In this document: piece by piece, positions 50,501-60,098 of the stretch
Position numbering within the stretch: the first letter of the stretch is position 1
How the letters are laid out: every line of letters begins with the position of its first letter
Assembly: GCA_964558645.1 (NCBI GenBank)
Contig: CAZLEV010000014.1
Location: 8,773-72,772 of the forward strand
Reading direction: 5' to 3'
Length of the DNA stretch: 64,000 nucleotides
Origin: an uncultured archaeon
GTDB taxonomy: Archaea; Asgardarchaeota; Thorarchaeia; Thorarchaeales; Thorarchaeaceae
Translations under genes and position numbers: made by a program
Notes under the pieces: model-generated
Databases searched by the model: none
What the model saw: only the letters and a program-made list of their open reading frames with translations
Told to the model about the DNA's origin: nothing

Positions 50501-53167
50501 CCCCGGCCTGAGATACCTGCCCGGCCTCGTAGCCTCTGTCGCCCACCAGTTCCTTCTGAATTGGATGCTGTGACTCTTGACAGCTGTAGCACACGGAGAT
50601 GGGAACTCAAGCGTTTCCTCACAACTGCAAGATACTTGGCAGCACGACCCCTAGGCAGGACCCTCAAGGGTGTCTGCGAGGAGATTGCCGACCTCTGTCA
50701 GGATGTCCTCTCAGACTCTGAAGACACTGGGGATGGCGATGCCTACTTGGATACCCTGTCCTTGGTCCGAGATATCATCCTCTCAGAAACATCCCTATCT
50801 CCGGTCTGGGAGAGACTCCGACCCGGACGGGAGCAGCTTCTCGATCTCCTGAACTCTGACAACAGGAAACATCTGGAGACCATCACAAAAGAGATTCCGG
50901 ATGCTCTTCTTCTCTATGGAAACAACCTGTTCCTCATGGTCTGCGCGGCTGCGCAGGAGGAGAACTCTTGTCACTACGAAACGCTGTGGGCAGCGCTGGC
51001 TGAGTGGACGCTCTACCAGATGGGACTACGGTCCAAGGACAGTGCCTTCAAATCGAAGTATGACCTCTATTCCATCTACCGGACCCTCCGGTCCCGCGCA
51101 CGGACTCTATCTGACCGGAACATTCCGGAGACCTCCCTCTCACAGGCATCCACTGGCCAGATCATCTGGTGGGAGGAAGGAGATAGCAGCAAAGGCCTCT
51201 TGGTGTTTCCTGACCAGCGGGGAGAGATGGTCTCAGGCCTGGTCACCACCGGGGCCGATGCGTCTCTCCGACCGACGTGGTATCGATGTGATATGCATCC
51301 AGGCTCACTGAGGGAGTACTCAAGGAGTACTCTAAGCTCGGAGGAACGGACTACCATCATGCTTTCGGATGTGGCTGAGCACAGGATACTTTGGCTGCCT
51401 ACTGATGATGATGAGTGGTGGCCGTACCTCCTCACCCACGGATGCCCCGACAAGAACCAGCGGACCATTCCCTGGCTGAAACTCACTGATCCCTTCACGG
51501 TCCCCGATATCACCCAGAGTCTGCTCATCCCGCCAACACCAGACAGTGACCCCGGTCAGGCCGTGGACCAGTATCTTCGCGAGCTTGGCCAGCTGGAGAG
51601 ACCCGTCACGCCTGTCAAGCTGGAGGTCTCTGTGGATCCTCGTCGAGGGGTGTATGTGGTCCAGTTCACGGGGGATGGCATCTCTGTGGAGGAGGAGTTC
51701 AGCGACACTGATGAGCTGGTGGGGGTCCTCCGCTATCCCATCCGAAGAGGGGTTGGATACGACACTGCTGCCGGGGCGGTCACGTGGGACCACAAAGAGG
51801 ACATCACGTACACGGATGACTCCCTGACCTGCCTCATCCCGCTGGTCTTGAAGAGCAGGTTTCTCCCTGACCACTACTCCTATCCAGAGAGCTGCGCTGA
51901 GTTGTTGGCCGCATCGGCGGGCGGGGATGTGACGCTGACGATATGGACTGAGAGGAGTGGAAGCGGGTTTCGGCTGCAGCTTCAGGGACTGGAGGATGAC
52001 TCACCCCTCAGATCCCTCGAAGAGGCCTCTCCCTCTCTGTACGAGGTGGGGCTCCTTGCCGAGTGCGAACAGCTCATCGACACAAAAAACCGGCTTCGCC
52101 ACGAGGTGGAGCTGGACGTGTCAGGCCACTTGGACCTCAGTGCGTCACAGGTGGAACGGTATCCTGCCCTCTCTCATGCACTGGCAGAGGTGGATCGGGA
52201 TGCCTTCGACTGGAGTCGTGGCTCGTGGGGTGTCCGGTGGAGCTATGTCTCACGCGAAGACCGGCTGACGTGGAGCATCGTGGAACTCTCCTCTCGGCGA
52301 GCATGGCTGGACCAGACCTATACGTTTCAGCCTGATCCTAGTTCCAGCGTTGATACCGTCCTCGAGGCGTTCAAGCAAGACGTCGCCGCTGTGGTGCCTC
52401 TCGGACATCTTGATGGGTTGGAGGACTCAATGGCAGAGCTCAGGGATGAGCTGGAGAGTCATGGCTGGAGGGACACACCTCCGACGTACGTAGGCGAGGT
52501 CCAGCACGGAGTGGAGGAGTATACCCTGGTCATCAGCAGGGTGGAGAGGGATGGCTCATTGAAGCGGGTGGAGGCCATCAGTCTCACCGCTGAGCGGGTA
52601 GAGGAACTCCTTGAGGTACTTGACCACGAGGGTTTCGAGGCCTGGCCGTACTCTCTTGAGAATCAGGGGGAGATACGGGAGGCGCTCAAGGCAATCCATG
52701 AGGGAGTGGATCTCTCTGACGTGGCCGTAAATGAGGACGATGTACTCGCGAGGGAGTACGAAGAAGTCATCACAGAATATAGAGAGGAGGTTCTAGAGGC
52801 GCCTGAGGAACTGAAGTATCTAGCAAAGACGTTGGTCTACTACGCTCAGCTTTGCGCTGAGAGGGGGCAACCGGTGGAGGCGCTGCAGCTCGTAGAGGAA
52901 GGGATCGGTCTGCTCAGGGAGGAAGACCTGAGCGACATCATCGTCCTTCAGGCTCTTGCGAGAGGACTCATCCTCAGGTCCCACTGCCTCCTTCATCTTG
53001 ATATCGAGAAACGAAACGAAGTCAAGAGAGATATGGAGGAGTCGAGAGGGCTCTTGACAGAGCTTCGAAGACGTGGAGAGAAGATCACTGCAGACACCCT
53101 GGCAACCAAGATGCGAGCCATTGAGCCACAGATTCATGATGATTCAGACGGAATAGACGGACGTTGA
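47543..53167 (+). CDS. Giant multidomain protein: PD-(D/E)xK nuclease, P-loop NTPase-like domain and C-terminal TPR
   Basis: GQADLVF...ILEVKTK...QLDAY; PTSSGKT and IIIIDGWDEL; C-terminal LAKTLVYYAQLCAERGQPVEAL; ATG at 47543 preferred over TTG at 47519. Confidence 0.75.
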   Translation: MGRRPRLLRPNAVLARAKHAGLMALVNLLGPRASGDLVKYYRSTTKMWDAVRSALRAQGGEREDYLVLNDTEPNMRKSFLQFLWHSTVPYGNKEFKRVYDWTEGTVGPLNVLLNYAGARLRDLAMTRYPFPEPRVFQIARFPDGTVRVYSLALVNRLKAKGLYPPSDFGKNTETSWKAGYSGTTKTPQVYLAHPTLPSLDFVDMIRAHVVELCRQCFIYSVPRTEAHRYIRLLVYRLRPFLDWVYTERATGRPNFNRDANRELREIVLEIRALYGLHAGQRQSITRSLDIPSPITLGDIRKAVKCLPQKTVDEGEMTLYQSMKDQIDAGTVVERDADKLTDQLSSSTSQEGNRWHRILLSGFHHPASLKQVVFAGDTMLDQPSSVLAVAELPVDSRRGQADLVFFLRRELEKRTIWTPIMILEVKTKSAFDINLYGVEVGSREENEYAPAFFAWKRALTGGEWNALLTSPPKKSTKGQLDAYEQAIIREYKRTADFDPTPPTSLWKGVIVLDADQIPIDAYSAFQTLIENLLVELTGDTFQAPPKTISQVLDTDSILPSPRVALLLLPDAGPDRILSQRAPPAELVSEDPFADRITDDRILTVYVSVPSPTSSGKTSAWQSSNWHLLHHIRECREASSQEIGVFWLDLMGDYQTAQLANLRFGLDRLLAERKISRQEHGELVAEVEDISFVDLHVHTEKLLRGENDSIEGMLTTICNAVETEVEKIIIIDGWDELSKMVPNHSRHLLRALEVQLLDTLPSTDTNIIWIDTGTEDTLTSADCQRGCIKPLRHDSPRRTHLDEVIYNLPSPPRVFGNLSPWREDIRVIVQDTPTSAPPWRTTIHVPHLLGAAERFRGASSRHGSLSQDDVARLEVNDSRMYARNINLSSIQSGLGNLTMDTLDNVMEQSCSLVPSLCRARDGQEQQPQEALEIPQILVQGISSARASTQRQRLRFQPARPPPDPVRSKDRYVESGKITRRWFYERNPTPRPEIPARPRSLCRPPVPSELDAVTLDSCSTRRWELKRFLTTARYLAARPLGRTLKGVCEEIADLCQDVLSDSEDTGDGDAYLDTLSLVRDIILSETSLSPVWERLRPGREQLLDLLNSDNRKHLETITKEIPDALLLYGNNLFLMVCAAAQEENSCHYETLWAALAEWTLYQMGLRSKDSAFKSKYDLYSIYRTLRSRARTLSDRNIPETSLSQASTGQIIWWEEGDSSKGLLVFPDQRGEMVSGLVTTGADASLRPTWYRCDMHPGSLREYSRSTLSSEERTTIMLSDVAEHRILWLPTDDDEWWPYLLTHGCPDKNQRTIPWLKLTDPFTVPDITQSLLIPPTPDSDPGQAVDQYLRELGQLERPVTPVKLEVSVDPRRGVYVVQFTGDGISVEEEFSDTDELVGVLRYPIRRGVGYDTAAGAVTWDHKEDITYTDDSLTCLIPLVLKSRFLPDHYSYPESCAELLAASAGGDVTLTIWTERSGSGFRLQLQGLEDDSPLRSLEEASPSLYEVGLLAECEQLIDTKNRLRHEVELDVSGHLDLSASQVERYPALSHALAEVDRDAFDWSRGSWGVRWSYVSREDRLTWSIVELSSRRAWLDQTYTFQPDPSSSVDTVLEAFKQDVAAVVPLGHLDGLEDSMAELRDELESHGWRDTPPTYVGEVQHGVEEYTLVISRVERDGSLKRVEAISLTAERVEELLEVLDHEGFEAWPYSLENQGEIREALKAIHEGVDLSDVAVNEDDVLAREYEEVITEYREEVLEAPEELKYLAKTLVYYAQLCAERGQPVEALQLVEEGIGLLREEDLSDIIVLQALARGLILRSHCLLHLDIEKRNEVKRDMEESRGLLTELRRRGEKITADTLATKMRAIEPQIHDDSDGIDGR

Positions 53168-53176
53168 GAATATTCC

Positions 53177-53419
53177 TCATCCAAGAGTCTTACTTGCACC
53201 CAGTTCAATGGTGCGGGCTATCTGCAAGCGGTTCTTGTGAATGGCCGTGGTGATGCGGTAAAGCGACACGATGAGGCTGTTGGTCTTGTACGTCTCGTAG
53301 AATCTCTCCTTTTGCTCGCGGAGCAGGTGAGCCGCTTCAGGGAATTGGTATTCCTCTCCGGTGGTCGATACCAGCTCGACGAGCGCATCAGCAATCTGTT
53401 GGTCGATGGACGAGTCCAT
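53177..53419 (-). CDS. Small helical hypothetical protein
   Basis: 80-aa ORF with plausible composition, convergent on the giant gene. Confidence 0.5.
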   Translation of the reverse strand: MDSSIDQQIADALVELVSTTGEEYQFPEAAHLLREQKERFYETYKTNSLIVSLYRITTAIHKNRLQIARTIELGASKTLG

Positions 53420-53517
53420 GATACAGCCATCCTCTCAGACTCCTGCACTGGCCTATATAGACTGCGCCATTAGAAGGCGATATCGTTTTGAGTTCGCTCT
53501 TTCAATTGATGGGTATC

Positions 53518-53964
53518 ATGACTCTTGAACGGGGAGTACTGGAGAGCATCTGCAGACTTGTGATGGAGCTGAGCATGAGAAAGCGTCGTGGGCTACACAC
53601 CATGACACTGAGGAGGATCAAGAGGCTCTTGGAGACGATGGGCTGGTCGGTCATCCTAGAGTTCGAGACCTATTTCGACACGGTCATCAGATACAGGAAA
53701 AAGTTGTCGCGGGTGCGTGGCTTTATCGATCTCCTTGCTCGGAAGGGAGAGAGGCAGGTCATTGCTGTGGTGTTCGACAACACCAACGTCCTGAAGTATC
53801 GGAGCATCGAGAAACTCCTGCAACATCCGGGGATGGTGATAGGAATGACCGCCGGTCGCTATGGGGTGGACAATCGGGCACGGATTGAACGGGTCATGCG
53901 GGAACGGGGGCAGTGGAGATGCTCGGAGTTCTGGCTGATAGAGGTGGGTCAGGAGAGGATTTAG
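53518..53964 (+). CDS. Hypothetical protein, degenerate restriction-endonuclease-like fold
   Basis: LETMGWSVILE...GFIDLLARKG...IAVVFD resembles a PD-(D/E)xK core without a canonical ExK. Confidence 0.5.
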   Translation: MTLERGVLESICRLVMELSMRKRRGLHTMTLRRIKRLLETMGWSVILEFETYFDTVIRYRKKLSRVRGFIDLLARKGERQVIAVVFDNTNVLKYRSIEKLLQHPGMVIGMTAGRYGVDNRARIERVMRERGQWRCSEFWLIEVGQERI

Positions 53965-54113
53965 CGATTTGTCGGCGATTTCAGTCCCGTGTCAGAGGAG
54001 TGGGTTCTGGACTCTCAAGGTCGGCTGAACCTGCAGTAATGTTTCATAGCTAGATTAGGAATAGTGGCTAGTCATGAAGAGGTTTATGAACCCTCAGGCA
54101 TCTTTTCTAACAG

Positions 54114-54623
54114 ATGGTAGTCGTGGACGAATCTCATCTAGAACACATTCACAGGGTTCGGGGAGAGCAATGGACCATCATCATCACAGCGATTCTTTTT
54201 GGCTTGACTCTTAACCTGACATCCGACTTCATCAGTTCAGTTTATGACGTGTCTGTTGATTCAGCTACTTTGGCAGTTAGAGGTATTGTTGCAGGTCTAG
54301 CCTCTCTCGTCACAATAGCCACGATGTGGTGGCTAGCAGTTCGCAGTCTGAGTCCTCTATGCAAGGTACAACGTGATATCCAAGTTTCATATTTCTTCGA
54401 TACTGACACTGGATATCCGCATGATGTTCCCGGATACCCTCCCACGGAGAGGGTTCTTTCCGAGTTTGCTCGATCTACAGAGAAGCAAAAGGAGGAATTC
54501 AGTCAGGCAATAAGGAAGGCGGGCGAATCGACGAAGTCTGCCACATCGGAGCTCCCAAATCTGGTTCCTTTCCTCGAACTTCTCACAATGCTCAGGCGGA
54601 ATGAGCTCAGAAAACCTCGTTGA
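54114..54623 (+). CDS. Two-TM membrane protein, possibly 3'-truncated
   Basis: Two hydrophobic helices; overlaps the convergent ORF by 237 nt. Confidence 0.5.
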   Translation: MVVVDESHLEHIHRVRGEQWTIIITAILFGLTLNLTSDFISSVYDVSVDSATLAVRGIVAGLASLVTIATMWWLAVRSLSPLCKVQRDIQVSYFFDTDTGYPHDVPGYPPTERVLSEFARSTEKQKEEFSQAIRKAGESTKSATSELPNLVPFLELLTMLRRNELRKPR

Positions 54624-54935
54624 CTTAAGGGCATTCCACCGAGTAGGCAGGATTATGTAGTAATGTTCACCAGTTGCCATGTCCCGTGCCACCCGGGTGA
54701 CATCCCTCAATGATTCCTGCAAATAACACTCCATCCTCTCTCGTTCCCTCTTGACCAGGAAGTACTGCTCTAGGCTAATTGCTCCCAGAAAGCCCAATAG
54801 CGAACCGATTATATCAGGGCAGAATTGATGATATCCAAAAACGGAGGGCACTATGAGGAAACTTATTGATATGGCAAAAACGTTCACAGCCGCCTTTCTC
54901 CACCAATTGAGCCGTGAATCGAATGATGTTGACAT
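54387..54935 (-). CDS. Two-TM membrane protein, 3' end doubtful
   Basis: Plausible N-terminal ~115 aa; the tail reads antisense through the neighbouring ORF. Confidence 0.45.
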   Translation of the reverse strand: MSTSFDSRLNWWRKAAVNVFAISISFLIVPSVFGYHQFCPDIIGSLLGFLGAISLEQYFLVKRERERMECYLQESLRDVTRVARDMATGEHYYIILPTRWNALKSTRFSELIPPEHCEKFEERNQIWELRCGRLRRFARLPYCLTEFLLLLLCRSSKLGKNPLRGRVSGNIMRISSVSIEEI

Positions 54936-55032
54936 GATTAGGTTCCCAATCGCATTTCAGAGCTTGGGCATGTTAGTATCACCTAATGTTTCTGCGCCGT
55001 TTCCGTGAACGTGAAGCCGAAAATATTAGGAT

Positions 55033-55170
55033 TTACGATTTCTGACCCTCCAGTATATCCTGAATCACCATCAGTTTCTCCGTCATACGCTTCCCCTTCT
55101 CGGTGATCACCAGAAAGGTCTTGGGTCGAGCGCCCTCCTCCATCTCCTCCCGGATGATGCTTATCCATGG
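55033..55170 (-). pseudogene. C-terminal fragment of a winged-helix regulator
   Basis: IIREE..GARPKTFLVITEKGK wing motif with no preceding HTH. Confidence 0.5.
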
Positions 55171-55247
55171 CGATTTGCTCTGAATTCCCTGACTTGATTT
55201 AGGTTGTTTCATGCCTTCGAGTTGCATAGGGTGCAATAAAAAAAGAG

Positions 55248-55269
55248 GAGAGAAGCACATGCTTCTCTC
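55248..55269 (-). terminator. Putative terminator hairpin
   Basis: GAGAGAAGC-ACAT-GCTTCTCTC followed on the minus strand by a T7 run, just after the 55277 stop. Confidence 0.65.
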
Positions 55270-55276
55270 TAATTGA

Positions 55277-55969
55277 TTATCTGAAGAACCTCCAGGAGAT
55301 TGAGTGTGTGTCCCAATCTGCGTTGCCTTGTTGTGATGTGGTCTTGTAAAAGTCCGAGCCCATATACAGTCCACATCGTACCCATAGCCCTACGTAATAC
55401 CAGTTGGATGTTGAGAACTCGTAGTAGTCTTGGTAATCCGTGCCGTCGTAAAGTTCTTTATAGGCGGTTGTTGAACCCCAGTCTTGGTTATCCTTGTAAC
55501 CCCATGTAACACTGTCACCATCGGTGTAAGAGCTCCATCCTCGCCTTATTGGAGGATTCTGCCCCATATCAACCACTACATACTGAACTGTCCAACTTGC
55601 AGAAGCACCAAATACAGCGCTAATTGCATATTGGAAATCGGCATCGATGCTTAGCTCCAGGTATTTGTATGTGTTATCAGCAGGTTTAACTTTGATAAGA
55701 CAGTAGAAGTCCACATACTCAGCAAATCCCCATTCCATGTGTCCATGGATATCAAGATCCCCCTTGTATTCATCGACGTTAACGGTGGTCCAGATAGCGG
55801 AGCTATACCCACTTACTACAAAGGCAACCATTTTGGAATCTCCCGAGTATATTGTTCCTGTGCGCGCCTGGGTTCCCGCAGGTTCATGTAGAGCCTCTAC
55901 AGGACTTAGCAATCCAAGCATCACTACAAGGATAGCCATGGCTAACGCTATTCGCAGTCTTTTCTCCAT
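55277..55969 (-). CDS. Secreted beta-rich hypothetical protein
   Basis: MEKRLRIALAMAILVVMLGLLSPVEA signal peptide; Tyr/Trp-rich mature part. Confidence 0.75.
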   Translation of the reverse strand: MEKRLRIALAMAILVVMLGLLSPVEALHEPAGTQARTGTIYSGDSKMVAFVVSGYSSAIWTTVNVDEYKGDLDIHGHMEWGFAEYVDFYCLIKVKPADNTYKYLELSIDADFQYAISAVFGASASWTVQYVVVDMGQNPPIRRGWSSYTDGDSVTWGYKDNQDWGSTTAYKELYDGTDYQDYYEFSTSNWYYVGLWVRCGLYMGSDFYKTTSQQGNADWDTHSISWRFFR

Positions 55970-56077
55970 GTTTATTCCCCCCACCCCGCGTGTGGGCGTC
56001 CTCAATTCGCCCCTTCTTCCACACGAGATGCCAACGAATCTATTAGCTCCATACTATATATGTTTTGTCAGTTATTT

Positions 56078-57064
56078 GGCTCTGTGTGGAAAGTCACCTC
56101 CCGACACACTCCAGATAGTTCAGTCGACTCACATTGTGCAGGACCACCTTGAGCAGCAGCTCTCGCCGTCATTCCTTGTATCTCCGTGACTGGAGGCTCC
56201 CACCGAATCGCACCTTCATCATGCTGAACACGGTTTCCACAAGACTCCGCTGTCCATACTCGTGAACCCGCCTCCACTCCACAGGGTCTCGTCGGTACTC
56301 CAGGATCAACTCCCTGTAGCCACGATGTCCCCGGGACCGGGCACGCAGCCGCTTCTTGGGCTCGATGGCAGGATAGGCTCCCAGGTCGGCGATGTGCCCG
56401 ACGTTGTCTCGGGAGATGTAGGCCCTGTCACCATAGACAGTCTCCAGCTGGGACCAATCGACCCGTCCCATCAGGGCGACCAGATGTCGTGCATCACCAC
56501 CCGGCCGAGCCTTGACTCTGACCCCATGGACCATGAGGGTGTCGGTGTCTACAGGTGCGTGGAGGGCCGTGAACCGCCGTCTCCGCGTCCTCTTGAACCG
56601 GACAGTCTGCCACTCGCCCCCGGTGGCGTGAGAGAACCCGGTGGCATCCACCGCGATCCGCCTGGGAGGGGGACGTCGCCGGGCAACGGTCTCGTACAGT
56701 CGGTGAAGGCCATGGGGCTCCAGTCGTTTCAGCGCTCCGTTGAGGAGGGTGTGACTGGGTGGTCGCTCCAACCCGAGTCGATGGAGGAGTTCTGGCTGAA
56801 AGGCCAGCCACGCCACGAAATCACGATAACCCATGCCGGAATCGAATTTGAGTCCGAAGAGGACAAACAACACCGGGAGGGGAAACTCCACTGGTCGGCC
56901 ATAGCGAGACCTGACATCCGGAATGGTATTGCAAAGGCTCATAAGTTCTTGAAGCAGGAAGTGAAAGCGGCGAGCTTTGGCCGCTTCGTATGAGACGGTG
57001 TAATTCGTAATTCATGTGATGCGGTCAAATTCGCCTCTGAATCCTTGTATTATTTTACAGAGCC
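56078..57064 (-). mobile_element. IS5-family insertion sequence (about 987 bp), decayed
   Basis: Terminal inverted repeats GGCTCTGT (56078) and ACAGAGCC (ends 57064) around a DDE transposase; no clear target duplication. Confidence 0.8.
56094..57015 (-). pseudogene. IS5-family DDE transposase with premature stop and probable 5' frameshift
   Basis: IAVDATGF, YGDRAY, RSLVETVFS; in-frame TGA at 56169-56171 followed by RRELLLKVVLHN; 7-bp tandem duplication at 57000-57013 near the ATG. Confidence 0.8.
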
Positions 57065-57097
57065 TCTATTCACAGAAGCTATATAAGCAAATACTGA

Positions 57098-58258
57098 ATG
57101 GTCATACGAGAGGGTGTATATTTGAGAGAGCATCCCCCCGCGTTTCTACTTCTCTTAGTCCTATTGGTCATAATCCCAAATGCGAGTGCTAATGTGGAAA
57201 GCCTACACTGGGGCGTTGAAGAAGGATATACCAAACGCTACGACATCATCGAACGGTACTGGGGGGAAGAAACCGGTAGACAAATGATGACTCTAGCCAT
57301 CGAGCAATTACCAGACCTTTCGAATCAAATAACAAATTGGAGCCAACTCCCATCCCCAGAGATCATCATCGAATTGGAGAACGGGATAGAGATAACGGAT
57401 TGGATCGACTTGTTTCCTGCTCTCCCCAGATTCGTGCTTCCCACTGGGAACTGGAGCCTGATCACTGGACTTGCAGGAAACAAGTCCCCAGATTGGGAGG
57501 TTGACTATGATTCACAGCAGGAATTATGGGAGCTGACAATAGAATCGAATACAACGAACGGTGATTGGCGTGCCAGCATCGACTACTCTCAGAGTGAGGG
57601 TGTCTTGTGGAATTACCATTGGAGGCGGCGTGACCCGGGTTCTGGAGAAAACATTGAAGAAGTCATAGTTAATACACATTATGAACCCGACTATACGCCA
57701 TTTCTCTTGTTTTTCGGCGGTTATCTCTCAATCCTCACTGTCGCAGCCACGGTACTCATCCATAGAGTAAGGAAGATACCACGGTATAGGATTGACCCGG
57801 CAGATGAAGAGTACCCCAATGTGCAGGAACGCATGGCACTCTTGACAGGTGTTGCTCTATTCGCACCGTACCTGATTGTGCTAAGCACATACGCAAATGT
57901 GTTGGCTGTCCTCTGGCAGGTCATTTTCAGTATGGCTTCTTTTACCTTCTCTTTTGTTGACGCATTTTCATTGGTCTTTCTCTCTCTGTTTACCTTTCCT
58001 CGATACCTCTTTGTCTATCAGGTCTATAGTTTCTATAAAGGAAATACACCATTTAGTCGCACAATGTGGTGGGGTGTGTTCAGCATCCTCTACTCAACAG
58101 CTCTATTCTTAATGTATATGTTCAGTACAAAATCTGCATTATACATACCTACTCCACTGTTGGTTCTCACTGGCTACCTCTTGATGAAGAGAGAACCTAA
58201 GATTCAGCACACCGACTGGCTAGAAGGGAAAGACTCCCAATCCGAACAGGGTAAGTAA
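57098..58258 (+). CDS. Membrane protein: signal peptide, extracellular domain, about 6 C-terminal TM helices
   Basis: LHWGVEEG...FVLPTGNWSL ectodomain; hydrophobic C-terminal half. Confidence 0.75.
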   Translation: MVIREGVYLREHPPAFLLLLVLLVIIPNASANVESLHWGVEEGYTKRYDIIERYWGEETGRQMMTLAIEQLPDLSNQITNWSQLPSPEIIIELENGIEITDWIDLFPALPRFVLPTGNWSLITGLAGNKSPDWEVDYDSQQELWELTIESNTTNGDWRASIDYSQSEGVLWNYHWRRRDPGSGENIEEVIVNTHYEPDYTPFLLFFGGYLSILTVAATVLIHRVRKIPRYRIDPADEEYPNVQERMALLTGVALFAPYLIVLSTYANVLAVLWQVIFSMASFTFSFVDAFSLVFLSLFTFPRYLFVYQVYSFYKGNTPFSRTMWWGVFSILYSTALFLMYMFSTKSALYIPTPLLVLTGYLLMKREPKIQHTDWLEGKDSQSEQGK

Positions 58259-58294
58259 GCTAATTAGGCATAGCCCTAATCATGCAAGAAACAC

Positions 58295-58666
58295 ATGGTC
58301 GCCGTGAGGAAGTCAGATGCGGTCGCGTTTCGCAACCCGACACAATCTACGTTCAATCGAATCTCGCCCGAGAGCATGAACCAAGGACCGGGATCCTCAT
58401 CTCGTCTGACTGGGTGGTGGACGGTCATGCCGGCGTCTACGGGGTACGAACTGCGGGTGGCAGACAACGGGCCGGGCATCCCGGAGGATATCAGGGTGGG
58501 GCTCCTTCAACCCTCGCGACGGAGAGCTGGGCTGGGCCTGCACATGTCGTGGCATATCGCTCAGAAGTACGGGGGCAAGTTGCAGATCAAGGACCACGTG
58601 TCAGGCGACCCCGCGCAGGGTGCTGAGGTGGTTGTGTGGCTTCCTCCAGTGGTATGTGATGAATAG
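58295..58666 (+). pseudogene. Histidine kinase HATPase_c C-terminal fragment
   Basis: LRVADNGPGIP (G1) and GLGL (G2) boxes; no H-box or N-box upstream. Confidence 0.75.
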
Positions 58667-58670
58667 GGAC

Positions 58671-58994
58671 TCAGAGCCTGGGTGGATAGGACTGGCCGTC
58701 TGACCTAGGTCTCTCGGCCCTCTCTACGTCCAGCAGATGCCCTAAGTCATGATGATTGGGTTCTATGTGGAGAAAATCCCCTAATGCATTGAGGAACTTT
58801 GCATAGATGGAGTCTGAGAGCGCTCCTAAGCTGAAAGCAGTTTGAGAAATCCACATAAGTTTCTGCACCGACTCTCTTGTGTCGGTCTGGAGGTGGTTGA
58901 AAGTGCGGTAGGCATCGGTGGCTTCATCTCCATCTATCCAGACAATTCGGTGAGGGACTGAGATGGGTGGATGCGGAATGATATGTCTGCCTAA
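58671..58994 (-). pseudogene. Probable 5'-truncated gene fragment
   Basis: Frame is open from 58994 with protein-like sequence (HRIVWIDGDEATDAYRTF...) but has no convincing start. Confidence 0.35.
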
Positions 58995-59340
58995 TCACTA
59001 CGATTTCATTGTGATGGTAGTAGCAGGAGTCTTTTACGGCAACATCTTGGTCGGTAGGGGCTGGAATCAGCTTGTGGCCTATCTCTTTATTGGGCTCTTC
59101 ACAGATCCAGCTCTGGCCACCCTCAAGTTTTTCTCCATGATTCTGGTAGACACCACAAAGTCTTGGCCTGCACGACTTGTCATGGCAATCGTATCAGCTC
59201 TAGTTGGCTGTTTTATCTTCGCCCTAGCATCACTTGCTGTTGGGCCGGTGATCATGAGTTCAATCAGTCTATCTGAGATCATTCTCGCCCTTGCACCGCT
59301 TGTTCGAGGGTATCTGTTTGAAAGGGAGGCCCGCGGCTAG
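58963..59340 (+). CDS. Small membrane protein
   Basis: Three to four hydrophobic helices. Confidence 0.5.
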   Translation: MGGCGMICLPNHYDFIVMVVAGVFYGNILVGRGWNQLVAYLFIGLFTDPALATLKFFSMILVDTTKSWPARLVMAIVSALVGCFIFALASLAVGPVIMSSISLSEIILALAPLVRGYLFEREARG

Positions 59341-59352
59341 ATGCAAGAGCCC

Positions 59353-59844
59353 TTAGGACATCTCCTCGCTCAGAACCCCTTTCAACCAGTCTGCAAGCAC
59401 ATCTGATAGTCTATCGGCACTCTCTACAACTCTTCGAGCTCGATTGGATGGGAGGCCTCCCACAGCAATTCTATGTGCGTTATTGGCAATCTGGGTCACA
59501 CCGTCCGTGAAAGGTCCAGATTTCTAAGAGAGTCGTGTCAGAGTTGAAGCCAGCTGTTCAAGCCGAAACCGATGTCTCTCTCGGGACTCAGGGTCCCCTA
59601 CATTCAGGACCCCCTCGATAGCAAAGGCAATCTCGCGTAAGGTCTTGATGTTCTCACTCACAGTATCTATGAACCCGTCCTCACGTTGGATTCGTCTGTA
59701 CAATCGCACCTCTGCCGCGATATTCTGTCTTTCAGATGCTGCCATGCTCTTGGCACATACGAGGAGCAGCAGATTGCCTATCATCGTGAAAAAGGAGAAG
59801 ATGAACGGTACCCATTCAGGCAGAACTTGCATCTCGACTATCAC
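59353..59844 (-). pseudogene. Single-TM protein with an internal TAG
   Basis: After the TAG at 59524-59526 the same frame continues 56 plausible codons (KSGPFTDGVTQIANNAHR...VLSEEMS) to TAA at 59353. Confidence 0.55.
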
Positions 59845-60098
59845 TCGCCCCTCTGGTTAGACTGTGGTTTCTTGTTCATTGGGCATCTCATTGAGAGATG
59901 CCGCTGGTCCTAGAAATGCATCCATTCGCACATAAGTTTGACGTGCTGCTGGAATAGCATCCTGAGGATTGGGAATTGCGGCAGTGGAACCTGGACTGCT
60001 AACGCAGTGAATATCCTAGGCCGGACATCGAACTCGCTGAGGAAATCGTCGGACATGCTAGGATAGCCCGTCATAAGGTGCCCTGAACGAACCGTGAT

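Noticed and set aside
56067-57075. Target-site duplication around the IS5 element
   Set aside because: Flanks (CAGTTATTT and TCTATTCAC) are not direct repeats
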